A DNA stretch of 64,000 bases from Candidatus Saccharibacteria bacterium CPR2 (GCA_021404905.1 QWHN01000003.1:23080-87079); one strand, 5' to 3'; shown: positions 27,730 through 36,484, counted from the first letter of the stretch. Notes: generated by a model from the letters alone, not told the origin. Numbers and translations: made by a program.

Positions 27730-28932
27730 ATGAATCACTATCAGCAAAACAGGACACGGCTTGCTAATATTACCGGCGGTCTAATTGTCATTCCCGCAAA
27801 CTATAAAATGGAAATGAGTTTAGATACGGCCTATCCGTTTCGTCAAGATAGCAACTTTTATTATCTCACTGGAGTTGACGAACCAGGCTGGATACTTGTG
27901 ATAGACAAAAATAACGGCGATTATTTAATTGCTCCTAAAAAATCGACCCAGGAAACAATTTTTGATGGTGAAAATAATTTTGAAAATATTAGCGGAATTA
28001 GCGCCGTTAAAAATATATATGAGCATAGAGAAGGCTGGGAAAAACTCAAAAAACAAATAAAAACTGCCAGCCAAATTTATTTGCCCGTATCTTCATCAAA
28101 AATTGATTGGCAAATAGCACCAAACCCGTCGAACATTAGTTTAACGCGTAAAGTTAAAGCAATAAAAACATCAATTAATATCAAAGATATAAAGCCAAAT
28201 TTGGCAAAAATGCGCTCCATCAAGCAAGATTACGAGATTGATTTATTACAAAAAGCGGTTGATAGCACGTGCGAAACTCTAAGAAATGTCAGAAATAACC
28301 TGAAAAATTTTCAAAATGAGAGTGAAGTCGAAGCCGCGATTACGGGCAAATTCGCTATTCAATACGGGGTTTGCCATGCCTATGAACCAATAGTCGCAAG
28401 CAGTAAAAATGCCACGACGATTCATTACATTAAAAACGACTCCGAATTTAGGAATGGTGACCTGCTTCTAATCGATGCCGGTGCATACCAGAATAATTAC
28501 TGTGGTGATATCAGCCGCACGTTTTCGATTGGCGGCGATCCCTCTACTCGCCAGCGCGATATCCACGAGGCAGTGCAATCCGTGTTAACTAAAACTCTAG
28601 AAATATTAAAACCAGGAATCTCGTGGAGGGATTATGTTGCAAAGGTGGAAAAATTCATGGGCGAGGAACTGGTTAAATTAAAGCTAATTTCATCGTCTGA
28701 AAGCAAAAAGAGCATCAGAAAATATTTTCCTCATTTAATCTCACACTCGTTAGGCCTGGATGTGCACGACCCGATAAATTTTGAAGATCCGATAAGTCAG
28801 AATATGGTAATTACAGTCGAGCCGGGTATTTATGTTCCCGAAGAAGGAATCGGTGTGCGTATCGAGGAAGATGTGTTGATTACCAAAAACGGTAACAAGG
28901 TTTTGAGTTCTGATTTAGACACAGAACTCTAA
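27730..28932 (+). CDS. Xaa-Pro aminopeptidase (M24B)
   Basis: IDAGAYQNNYCGDISRTF, HSLGLDVHD, VITVEPGIY and VRIEEDV metal ligands. ATG 27730 is preferred over track start 27649, which overlaps uvrC. Confidence 0.85.
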   Translation: MNHYQQNRTRLANITGGLIVIPANYKMEMSLDTAYPFRQDSNFYYLTGVDEPGWILVIDKNNGDYLIAPKKSTQETIFDGENNFENISGISAVKNIYEHREGWEKLKKQIKTASQIYLPVSSSKIDWQIAPNPSNISLTRKVKAIKTSINIKDIKPNLAKMRSIKQDYEIDLLQKAVDSTCETLRNVRNNLKNFQNESEVEAAITGKFAIQYGVCHAYEPIVASSKNATTIHYIKNDSEFRNGDLLLIDAGAYQNNYCGDISRTFSIGGDPSTRQRDIHEAVQSVLTKTLEILKPGISWRDYVAKVEKFMGEELVKLKLISSSESKKSIRKYFPHLISHSLGLDVHDPINFEDPISQNMVITVEPGIYVPEEGIGVRIEEDVLITKNGNKVLSSDLDTEL

Positions 28933-28986
28933 TGGTTTCTGAATCTGAGAAGCATAACCATAATATTTGGGGTATAATCAGTCTAT

Positions 28987-29361
28987 ATGCGTTGGCAACT
29001 TATTAGATTTGGTTTGCGGTGGGGCGCAAACAGTTTGGGCTTATGGATAGCGGCCCAGCTTTTTGATTCTGTGGAGTACAACAATCGTCTGCGAACAATT
29101 TTTTTCGCGGGACTCGTACTCTCGCTGGTGAATGTAATCATTAAACCTATTGTTGTAATACTTTCTTTGCCGGCGATCGTGTTTACTCTTGGAATATTTA
29201 TCGTTTTTGTGAACGGTTTAATGGTATACTTGGCGAGTCTATTAGTTCCAGCTTTTGAGGTAGATAGTTATGGAACAGCTATTGTTGCAGGGATGATAAT
29301 AGGCTTGGTAAACTATTCTCTAACGGCATTTTGGGATAGGAAGCAATTACACGATGGATAA
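28987..29361 (+). CDS. YvlD/phage-holin-4-like small membrane protein
   Basis: 124 aa with four helices and a GANSLGLWIAAQLF N-terminus typical of the family. Confidence 0.6.
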   Translation: MRWQLIRFGLRWGANSLGLWIAAQLFDSVEYNNRLRTIFFAGLVLSLVNVIIKPIVVILSLPAIVFTLGIFIVFVNGLMVYLASLLVPAFEVDSYGTAIVAGMIIGLVNYSLTAFWDRKQLHDG

Positions 29362-29569
29362 AGTTTTAAACATCATTACTATAGTTTCGATGGTTTTTAT
29401 GACCTTATTTATTTTGCTGCAATCACGCGGAGCCAGTTTGGGCGCTGGTTTTGGAGGTTCTGGAGAGCTTCATACTACCCGCCGAGGTGTAGATAAAACA
29501 ATGCATCAGATAACGATACTTCTAGCCGTGGTATTTGTTGTGTCGATTTTACTGAGTGTGATGATATAG
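29354..29569 (+). CDS. secG: Preprotein translocase subunit SecG
   Basis: 71 aa, two TM helices, LLQSRGASLGAGFGGSG motif. Confidence 0.8.
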   Translation: MDKVLNIITIVSMVFMTLFILLQSRGASLGAGFGGSGELHTTRRGVDKTMHQITILLAVVFVVSILLSVMI

Positions 29570-29580
29570 CACTTTAAGCT

Positions 29581-31350
29581 ATGCCAAAAAGCAATTATTT
29601 CAAACTAAAGCTTAGACATCAATTCAGAAAAACACAGCATGATGTTAACAAAGCCGGTCAAAGTACAGCCCAACATGTAGATCGTCACATCCTGCGGCGC
29701 TGGCAAAATCTTCAGGAAATTAGACGCTTTATTTCCGGTTGGTTGTTTTTAGCAATTATTCTGGCGGTTGGCGTTATTTTGCAAAGCCGTCAGCTATCAG
29801 CATATTACCAGGAAAATGTTCCAGCGCCTGGAGGAGTTTATGTAGAAGGAATGGCTGGGGAGGCCAAAAATTTTAACCCTATATTTGCTACTGATTTAGT
29901 TGACACATCTGTTTCAAGGTTAATCTTTAGCTCTATTTTAAAATATGATGAGAATAACAAACTTGTTGGGGACTTGGCGTCCAACTGGGAAGTGAATGAA
30001 GACAGCACTCAATACACGATAAAACTAAAGGAGGCTTTTTGGAACGATGGCGCTAAGATAACCAGCGGAGATGTTGTATATACATTTGAACTGGCTCAGC
30101 ATCCCGATACCCGTTCACCCTTAAATTCAAGTTGGCGAGATATTGAGATCCAAGCTATTGACGAACAAACTGTCGTATTTAAATTACCCAACCCATTTAC
30201 ACCTTTCCCCCATTCGTTAACCACTGGCATTCTACCGAAACATATCTTGAGCAATTCCGACAATAAAGATCTACGCTCACACGAATTTAACTTGTCGCCA
30301 AAAGTCAGTTCCGGGCCATTTCAATTTACTCAAATTGTCCAGGATCAAAATGTTAAACAAGTGGAACTTGCTAAAAATGACAAATACCATGGGTCTGAGC
30401 CAATGCTTGACCAATTTATAGTGCGGATATTTAATGACAATGATGCCTTGCTAAAAGCGTTCCAAAATAACGAAATTACCGCCGCGGCGGACATAAAAAA
30501 CGTTGAAGCGCCAATGTTTGACCACAAAAATGAAGGCAAATATATGGCCATGCAACTTTATAGCGGGGTATATGCCTTTTTGCATAATCAGGACGAGTTA
30601 TTACAAGATAAAAATCTTCGTGCTGCTCTGAATGTGGCGACGAACAAAAATGAATTATTTCAATCTTTAGATAAAAAACTTGCTTTAATAGATGGTCCGC
30701 TGCTCAGTGACCATTTGGGCTATCAAAGAGCCGATTCAGTTCATAAATATGATGTTGAAGAAGCAAAGAGGATTCTCAATGAAAATGGTTGGTTGGAAAA
30801 TAGCAACGGTGTGCGCCAAAAAGATGGCAAGAAACTCAAATTAAGCTTAGTGGCTCAAAACAGCGACGAATATCCAATAGCAGCCCAAGAGTTGCAAAAA
30901 CAATGGCAAGCGCTTGGCGCTGAAGTTGAAATTTCACTAGTTGAGCCAAATGAACTTCAGCAAAACCATGTTTCTTCGCATAACTACCAGGTTCTTTTGC
31001 TTGGTGTGACACTAGGAGTTGACCCGGACGTTTTCGCGTATTGGCACTCATCTCAAGCGAGCCTGCGCGGGTTTAACTTATCTGAGTATAAATCTCCTAT
31101 TGCTGACAGAGCGCTTGAAGCCGGACGCACCAGAAACAACCCGGAAATACGAGCTGCGAAATACAAAACTTTCCAAGAACAATGGAGAAGTGATATTCCA
31201 GCCATTCCTCTATATCAGCCGGTTTTTGGATACGCGCTGCAAACTACCGCAACGGGGCCAGCTGGAGGAGATTTAGCTACACCAGAACACAGGTATTCGA
31301 ATATCAGCTTTTGGTCCGTAAACGAACAAACCATCAGAAAAAAACTCTAG
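29581..31350 (+). CDS. Membrane-anchored ABC-transporter solute-binding protein, family 5 (peptide/nickel type)
   Basis: N-terminal anchor helix WLFLAIILAVGVILQS. Length and sequence blocks (NFNPIFA, SGPF.F) are typical of SBP_bac_5. No permease or ATPase genes are adjacent. Confidence 0.7.
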   Translation: MPKSNYFKLKLRHQFRKTQHDVNKAGQSTAQHVDRHILRRWQNLQEIRRFISGWLFLAIILAVGVILQSRQLSAYYQENVPAPGGVYVEGMAGEAKNFNPIFATDLVDTSVSRLIFSSILKYDENNKLVGDLASNWEVNEDSTQYTIKLKEAFWNDGAKITSGDVVYTFELAQHPDTRSPLNSSWRDIEIQAIDEQTVVFKLPNPFTPFPHSLTTGILPKHILSNSDNKDLRSHEFNLSPKVSSGPFQFTQIVQDQNVKQVELAKNDKYHGSEPMLDQFIVRIFNDNDALLKAFQNNEITAAADIKNVEAPMFDHKNEGKYMAMQLYSGVYAFLHNQDELLQDKNLRAALNVATNKNELFQSLDKKLALIDGPLLSDHLGYQRADSVHKYDVEEAKRILNENGWLENSNGVRQKDGKKLKLSLVAQNSDEYPIAAQELQKQWQALGAEVEISLVEPNELQQNHVSSHNYQVLLLGVTLGVDPDVFAYWHSSQASLRGFNLSEYKSPIADRALEAGRTRNNPEIRAAKYKTFQEQWRSDIPAIPLYQPVFGYALQTTATGPAGGDLATPEHRYSNISFWSVNEQTIRKKL

Positions 31351-31396
31351 CTGGCAAAGAGTATCTAAAGTCGCTATTATTTACAAGTTAGCACAT

Positions 31397-31483
31397 GGGG
31401 ATGTGGCGGAATCGGTAGACGCGCTAGCTTCAGGAGCTAGTGGGCATTTGCCCGTGGAGGTTCGAGTCCTCTCATCCTCACCA
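31397..31483 (+). tRNA. tRNA-Leu(CAG)
   Basis: Hand-folded cloverleaf: acceptor GGGGATG/CATCCTC, anticodon loop TTCAGGA, long variable arm TGGGCATTTGCCCGT, T-loop TTCGAGT, encoded CCA. Confidence 0.9.
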
Positions 31484-31624
31484 TTCGACTCGCTTTACTC
31501 GCCTATCTCATTCGATAATGGCGAAAAACAAATTTCATTCTTGGATTGAATATAGGTAATTGTTATTATTGATACATTCGTTAAAGCCATAAGAATTTAA
31601 ACTTTTTTGGGGGTAGAACAATTT

Positions 31625-33256
31625 ATGGAAAAAGTCGCCCAGTACTTGCAAGAACATATAGCTGGCGAAGTAATAACTTCAAAAGATGCGCGAAAATATT
31701 TTTCAACTGATGGCAGTGTTTTTGAATTGGAACCACAAATTATTGTTTACCCCAGGAATTCGAGCGATATAAGGAAAGTCGCGCGCTTTTCCTGGCAGCT
31801 TGCTGAACGTGGCAAACATTTGCCGATCACGGCGCGCGGGCGAGGCAGCGATCAGTCAGGCGGATCTTTAGGTAGCGGTGTTATGGTAGTTTTCCCTGCT
31901 CATATGAATAAGCTCCTCGAGCTCGATACAGGCAAGGGGGTGGTGACAGTTCAGGCTGGCGCTCTTTTTAGTGACTTGCAAAATACACTTCACACTCACG
32001 GCAGGTTTTTGCCCCCCTATCCATCTTCGATCGATTTCAGCACAATCGGCGGCGCGATAGCCAATAATGCTGGCGGTGAGAAAACAGTTAAATACGGGCA
32101 AACACGGAAATTCACTAAAGAGCTGGATGTCGTGCTTGCAAACGGCGAGTTAGTGCGCACAGTTAGGCTTAGCAAGCGTGAGCTTAACCGTAAAAAGGGC
32201 TTAACAAGTTTCGAGGGCGAAGTTTACCGGCAACTTGACAATTTAATAACTGATAATTGGGAACTAATTCAGAATATTTCAATTAACACTACGAAAAATT
32301 CTGCTGGGTATGCCCTCTGGGAGGTAAAGCGAAAAGACGGTTCGTTTGATCTCACTCCTCTTATAGTTGGTTCTCAAAGTACTCTCGGCGTAATTACCGA
32401 AGCGGTTCTTCAAACTGAAAGTTACAACCCCAACCCCACTCTAATCTCAGCCTCTTTTGAAAACATTGATTTAGCTAACCAGGCTGTTGAGGAAATATTA
32501 AAGCTAGGCCCCAGTGCTCTGGAAATCGTAGACAAATATCTGCTTGATTTCATAAAACAAAATAACCCTAACCAATTGGTTGGTTTAGTTGAAGAACCTC
32601 ATCCGGCTTTCATACTTCTGGCTGAATTCGACGACGTTTCCGACAGAAAACAAAAACGACGTTCAAAAAGGGCAGTAAAAATTCTTAAAAATCTTGCGCG
32701 TGATTTTAGCGTGGCGACAGACGAACATGAGCGCGATATGCTTTGGAAGATTCGACACAGTGCAGCCGCAGTAATTTGGCACTCTAACGGCTCTAAAAAA
32801 GCTTTGCCGATTATTGAAGACGGAGTGGTACCGCGCGAGAGATTGAGGGAATACATCAGCGGAATTTACGATTTGTTTAATAAATATAATCTACAAATAG
32901 CTCTATGGGGCCACGCGGGTGACGCGAATCTGCATATGCAACCTTTCTTGGATTTATCAAAGGTTGGCGATAGGCAGTTGGTGTTTAAAATAATGGATGA
33001 ATATTATCAAATGGTCATTAGTTTGGGCGGTAGTACGTCCGGCGAGCACAATGACGGACGGTTGCGCGCACCATACTTGGCGCAACTCTATGGCAACGAT
33101 GTGTACGAATTATTTAAAAAAGTTAAGAAAATATTCGATCCATACAATATCTTGAATCCAGGGGTAAAAGTTAACGTAACTCAAAAAGATGTCGCACCCC
33201 TCCTCCGGAAAGAATATTCCATGGAACACCTCTCGGACCATTTACCCAGAACGTAA
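31625..33256 (+). CDS. FAD-linked oxidase (GlcD / D-lactate dehydrogenase family)
   Basis: PCMH-type FAD-binding N-domain (ARGRGSDQSGGSLG) and C-terminal GGSTSGEHNDGRLR motif. ATG 31625 is preferred over TTG 31607. Confidence 0.8.
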   Translation: MEKVAQYLQEHIAGEVITSKDARKYFSTDGSVFELEPQIIVYPRNSSDIRKVARFSWQLAERGKHLPITARGRGSDQSGGSLGSGVMVVFPAHMNKLLELDTGKGVVTVQAGALFSDLQNTLHTHGRFLPPYPSSIDFSTIGGAIANNAGGEKTVKYGQTRKFTKELDVVLANGELVRTVRLSKRELNRKKGLTSFEGEVYRQLDNLITDNWELIQNISINTTKNSAGYALWEVKRKDGSFDLTPLIVGSQSTLGVITEAVLQTESYNPNPTLISASFENIDLANQAVEEILKLGPSALEIVDKYLLDFIKQNNPNQLVGLVEEPHPAFILLAEFDDVSDRKQKRRSKRAVKILKNLARDFSVATDEHERDMLWKIRHSAAAVIWHSNGSKKALPIIEDGVVPRERLREYISGIYDLFNKYNLQIALWGHAGDANLHMQPFLDLSKVGDRQLVFKIMDEYYQMVISLGGSTSGEHNDGRLRAPYLAQLYGNDVYELFKKVKKIFDPYNILNPGVKVNVTQKDVAPLLRKEYSMEHLSDHLPRT

Positions 33257-33274
33257 CTCTCTCTGCGAAGAAGC

Positions 33275-33440
33275 TAGAACCCATTTTGAGAAAACGGCTG
33301 AATAAAACAGGCGTCAACCCAGAAAAAGCTTTAGCATTTTTTGAGATTTCCCCCGCCGAGATTTTTATTTTTAAGGAAAAGGTTTTTGTCGTGTAGTGCT
33401 GCGCTTGAAGCGCAGGTGGTTCGGGGCTTCGCCTAACTCG
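33275..33440 (+). repeat. GC-rich repeat (family B), copy X
   Basis: Aligns in inverted orientation with 36080-36290. The 30-bp core TTTTTTGAGATTTCCCCCGCCGAGATTTTT (33337-33366) is the exact reverse complement of 36144-36173. Confidence 0.85.
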
Positions 33441-33475
33441 TAAGTTTATCTCTGTTAATGTGCTACTATTAAACA

Positions 33476-34108
33476 ATGATTACAGTTTTAGCGAATTCAG
33501 CGAACGAAGCATGGCTCACAACTTTCAAAACTTTGATGAATGATGGGGACGAAACTGGCAACGATAGATACCTGCGCGATGAAGTAGCACTAATTGAAAT
33601 TTCTAATCCAGAGGTTGAACCCATAGATTCTCGTTTTCCTATGAGTCAAGCGGATGTTGACTTAATAAATAGATATATCTACACGGGTGAGAACGAAGAG
33701 AAAATAACACACGAATGGACGAAACTTTATTATCACCGGGCATTCGACGAGCCAAACTCTCAAATAGAATTCTTGATTAAAAAACTTAACGAAAAACTAC
33801 CGGCCGGAGAAACTCAAATTTCAATGTGGGATAAGAACATCGACCAAGACAAAAAGATATCGCCCTGCACACAGATAATATGGGCACGCATAAAGCATGG
33901 AAAACTTGAGCTACATGTTCATACAAATTCCTCTGATGCTTACAAGAAACTTTTAATGAACATCTTGGAATTTATCTCTTTACAGCACTATATTGCCAGC
34001 CGTATTCATTTACCGGTGGGGAAATATTATCACTTCATAGATTCCTGTCATTTACACCTCAAGGACAGCAACAAGATCCAGCTTCTACAAAGCTATTTAC
34101 AGAAGTAA
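33476..34108 (+). CDS. Short ThyA-family protein (thymidylate synthase / dNMP hydroxymethylase-like)
   Basis: SPCTQIIWARIKHGKLELHVHTNSSDAYKKLLMNI aligns with the ThyA catalytic block PC..QFyV.dGKLs..lyQRS.D...G.pfNI. Downstream, VGKYYHFIDSCHLH matches G......d.HiY. Only 210 aa. Confidence 0.55.
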   Translation: MITVLANSANEAWLTTFKTLMNDGDETGNDRYLRDEVALIEISNPEVEPIDSRFPMSQADVDLINRYIYTGENEEKITHEWTKLYYHRAFDEPNSQIEFLIKKLNEKLPAGETQISMWDKNIDQDKKISPCTQIIWARIKHGKLELHVHTNSSDAYKKLLMNILEFISLQHYIASRIHLPVGKYYHFIDSCHLHLKDSNKIQLLQSYLQK

Positions 34109-34112
34109 ATAT

Positions 34113-34241
34113 GGCAGTACTCAAATAGATCGTAGACACATCCATCTCGTAGAATAGGGTTTGTAAAAACAACTAACTACGAAAGGAGAGACAATAATGT
34201 CTAACCGTATTGGATCATCTACGATCTATTTGAGTACTGCC
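34113..34241. repeat. 129-bp element with perfect 24-bp terminal inverted repeats
   Basis: GGCAGTACTCAAATAGATCGTAGA (34113-34136) and its exact reverse complement (34218-34241). The 81-nt interior holds TAGAAT and AAAGGAGAG-N7-ATG. Confidence 0.9.
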
Positions 34242-34292
34242 AACTTAGTTCGGTTTAGGTCAGAAGTGGTAAACCACTTACAACAATTCTAA
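34197..34292 (+). CDS. Possible 31-aa small ORF starting inside the inverted-repeat element
   Basis: Strong SD GAAAGGAGAG 7 nt upstream of ATG 34197. Translation MSNRIGSSTIYLSTANLVRFRSEVVNHLQQF. It is below the track size cut-off and there is no homology evidence. Confidence 0.3.
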   Translation: MSNRIGSSTIYLSTANLVRFRSEVVNHLQQF

Positions 34293-34347
34293 CATTTACA
34301 CTGTTGTTTTAATATGCTAACAGATAATATCTGGTATAATAACACTA

Positions 34348-34728
34348 ATGAAACAGGGTAAAATCACACCCAATGGTGTTGTGCTTCATACGCACGAAAA
34401 CGCTACCGTCGTATTCTTGACTGAGCAGGGTTTTGACGTTGAGTTACTGCCACCAGTCCAACGCAAAGGCGCACGAACCCCTGATATTAAAATGCTCGAC
34501 GTTGAGTGGGAAATGAAAAGCCCAAGAAGCAACGGCAAATACACCATTGAGCATAGTTTCAGGTCAGCTCTTAAACAATCACCGTACATTATCTTTGATA
34601 TTCGAGGTAGCAAAATACCACAGCAAAAATGTATAGCCGAAATAGAGCGCCGTTTTAACGATTTCAAGAAAGTCAAAAGAGTGATAATCATCACCAAAAC
34701 ACGCAAACTACTTGATTTTAATAAGTAG
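34348..34728 (+). CDS. Small PD-(D/E)xK nuclease-fold protein, toxin-like
   Basis: E(16)...TPDIKMLDVEWEMKSP gives a D-x(n)-E-x-K arrangement. The 126 aa size and the following KQSPYIIFDIRGS block resemble stand-alone REase-fold toxin domains. Confidence 0.45.
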   Translation: MKQGKITPNGVVLHTHENATVVFLTEQGFDVELLPPVQRKGARTPDIKMLDVEWEMKSPRSNGKYTIEHSFRSALKQSPYIIFDIRGSKIPQQKCIAEIERRFNDFKKVKRVIIITKTRKLLDFNK

Positions 34729-34804
34729 ATTTAGTATAATTCCAGATAAGAAATGCGACCTCTGCTGTATAGCTCAGGTCGCATTTCACTTTTCAGAGGA
34801 CTTA

Positions 34805-35254
34805 CTATAAGCCAAGTAGTTGCTTCTTCTTTGTCGTAAACTCTTCTTCGGTTATGATGCCTTTTTCTTTTAATGTTGCTAATTTTTCAAGTTCATCTGC
34901 ACCGCTATGAGATTGTTGGCTACCGCTTGATTGCGATATTTTTGCTTCAATCTTTTCTTTTGCTTCAAGGAAATCTTTATTCTTTCTGGCGTGGAAGTTT
35001 ACAGTATTTTCGTCTGTGGTTGATTGCATAAGACCACTTTTAGCTTCAGAGCCACCTTTTAGGCTTAGCTGAAGATAGCCAGCAGTCATACCAGCTTTTT
35101 TAAGCTGAACAGCAACAATACTCGTGTAGGGTATCGTCTTATCACCTCGAAGCATACCGCCACCAAGCAAAAAGCCTTTCGCACCTCTTTTGATTATTAC
35201 GCCAGCATCAGTAAGTATAATCGTGCCGTTATAGCCTTTATATTCATCGTTCAT
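34805..35254 (-). CDS. Bacterial PH-like (DUF4429-type) domain protein with C-terminal SHOCT domain
   Basis: GTIILTDAGVIIKRGAKGF...IVAVQLKKAGMTAGYLQL (bPH-like). C-terminal ELEKLATLKEKGIITEEEFTTKKKQLLG is the SHOCT signature. Confidence 0.7.
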   Translation of the reverse strand: MNDEYKGYNGTIILTDAGVIIKRGAKGFLLGGGMLRGDKTIPYTSIVAVQLKKAGMTAGYLQLSLKGGSEAKSGLMQSTTDENTVNFHARKNKDFLEAKEKIEAKISQSSGSQQSHSGADELEKLATLKEKGIITEEEFTTKKKQLLGL

Positions 35255-35272
35255 TTTATCTAACCTATCCTT

Positions 35273-35875
35273 TTACAGCCCTACTGAATCTGCGCCATAA
35301 GTGGCTTGAGCTGTCGTGAATTTATCGAACACCAATTGATCGATCAGACCTTGCCTTGAGAAAGACGAAAACTCCATGTATGATTTCGCTTTTTTAGCAG
35401 CTTGTTCATTCCAGTCAGCACCCGCATTGTCTGCGCCATACACAGCGTCTGCATGAGAAAATTTGTCAAATTCCAGTTGTGCGACCAAACCATCACGAGA
35501 AAATCCTGCAAAATCGAGATAACTCTTTGCTTTACTAACAGCATTTTTCTGGCTTGTTGTTTCTGTTGGCTTTGCCGGTTCTTGAGGTTTTGGCTCTTCT
35601 GCTGGCTTCTGCTCTGTTTTTGTTTCCGCTTCTGTAGCCTGTTGTGCAGTTTCTTGAGGTGTTTCTTCTTTGCTTGCTGTATTATTGGTCTGAGGCGTGC
35701 TAGGACTAGCAAGCGAAGCGATTACCACAATGCCCACCAAAATGCTTACTCCTATTTTGGCTCCTTTTGCCCAATTAGTGTACTTCCACATTAGATACAA
35801 ACCTACTGGGAAAAAGAAAATTAGCAATAAGATTATTGCTGGTGTTTTTTCGTACCATTTAGTATTATTTGACAT
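35273..35875 (-). CDS. Membrane-anchored protein with two Ltp-type repeats (phage superinfection-exclusion lipoprotein family)
   Basis: ATG 35875 (MSNNTKWYEKT...), a TM hairpin and a Pro/Glu/Thr linker. Two repeats follow: KAKSYLDFAGFSRDGLVAQLEFDKFSHADAVYGAD and KAKSYMEFSSFSRQGLIDQLVFDKFTTAQATYGAD. The longer track start 36169 runs into repeat DNA. Confidence 0.7.
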   Translation of the reverse strand: MSNNTKWYEKTPAIILLLIFFFPVGLYLMWKYTNWAKGAKIGVSILVGIVVIASLASPSTPQTNNTASKEETPQETAQQATEAETKTEQKPAEEPKPQEPAKPTETTSQKNAVSKAKSYLDFAGFSRDGLVAQLEFDKFSHADAVYGADNAGADWNEQAAKKAKSYMEFSSFSRQGLIDQLVFDKFTTAQATYGADSVGL

Positions 35876-36079
35876 TTTTACTCCTTTGCTTTGGTTAATT
35901 ATATCGCCCGTTTGCGAGAACCAAAAAGCCCGCCACGAGCGGCAGCCGAAGCCACCCAATGCCGTTTCCAGCATTGACCACAGAAAGAAGTACTCATGAC
36001 GAGCTGTTTCTTTCTGTGGATTTGTAAACCATGCCAAGCTATTGCTTGGTTTAGGTTTATGAATTGATTGTACTATTTG

Positions 36080-36290
36080 CACCGCTGTTTTGCCAGATAT
36101 AGCGAAGCGCACCCGACCAGAAAACACCCTTTTCCAAATCCTAAAAAATCTCGGCGGGGGAAATCTCAAAAAATATGCAAAGGGTTTTTCTGGCGGGGCG
36201 CAGCGGGCAGACTTGCCCGCTAGGCGGCGGGGCTGAGCTTACACTTCAGCCTTAGCACTTCGTGCTAAAATAGGTTCTAGCCTTTTCGTA
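36080..36290 (-). repeat. GC-rich repeat (family B), copy Y, inverted relative to copy X
   Basis: 36144-36173 is the exact reverse complement of 33337-33366. Flanks align too (ccagaaaaaccctttgcat vs ccagaaaaagctttagcat; ggaaaagggtgttttc vs ggaaaaggtttttgtc). Confidence 0.85.
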
Positions 36291-36291
36291 T

Positions 36292-36378
36292 TGGTGCGCG
36301 AGAGAGGACTTGAACCTCCACGGGATTGCTCCCAACGGCCCCTCAAGCCGCAGCGTCTACCGATTCCGCCACTCGCGC
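36292..36378 (-). tRNA. tRNA-Leu(GAG)
   Basis: The reverse complement folds as GCGCGAG/CTCGCGC acceptor, anticodon loop TTGAGGG, long variable arm TGGGAGCAATCCCGT, T-loop TTCAAGT, and CCA. Confidence 0.88.
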
Positions 36379-36484
36379 GAATATTTCTTTATCAGCATAG
36401 GGGTCAGCTCTTAAAAAATCAATAAATTTATCACGCTTTCTCCGTAAGTCTAAAGATTCCACAAAAGAAATATCAGAAAATACA

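Larger units (their letters stand above)
33337..36173. mobile_element. 2.8-kb accessory cassette bracketed by inverted family B repeats; no recombinase gene
   Basis: Perfect 30-bp inverted cores, with flanking similarity extending to roughly 170-210 bp. The cassette holds five accessory genes and lies next to tRNA-Leu(GAG) and tRNA-Val. Confidence 0.4.

Noticed and set aside
35344-36169. Extra ORFs over the Ltp-like gene (35344-35712 -, 35402-35794 +, 35697-35999 +) and the long 298-aa start at 36169
   Set aside because: These are low-complexity alternative frames of the Pro/Glu/Thr linker. The upstream 98 codons of the long form run through the family B repeat, and ATG 35875 gives a sensible membrane-anchored protein.
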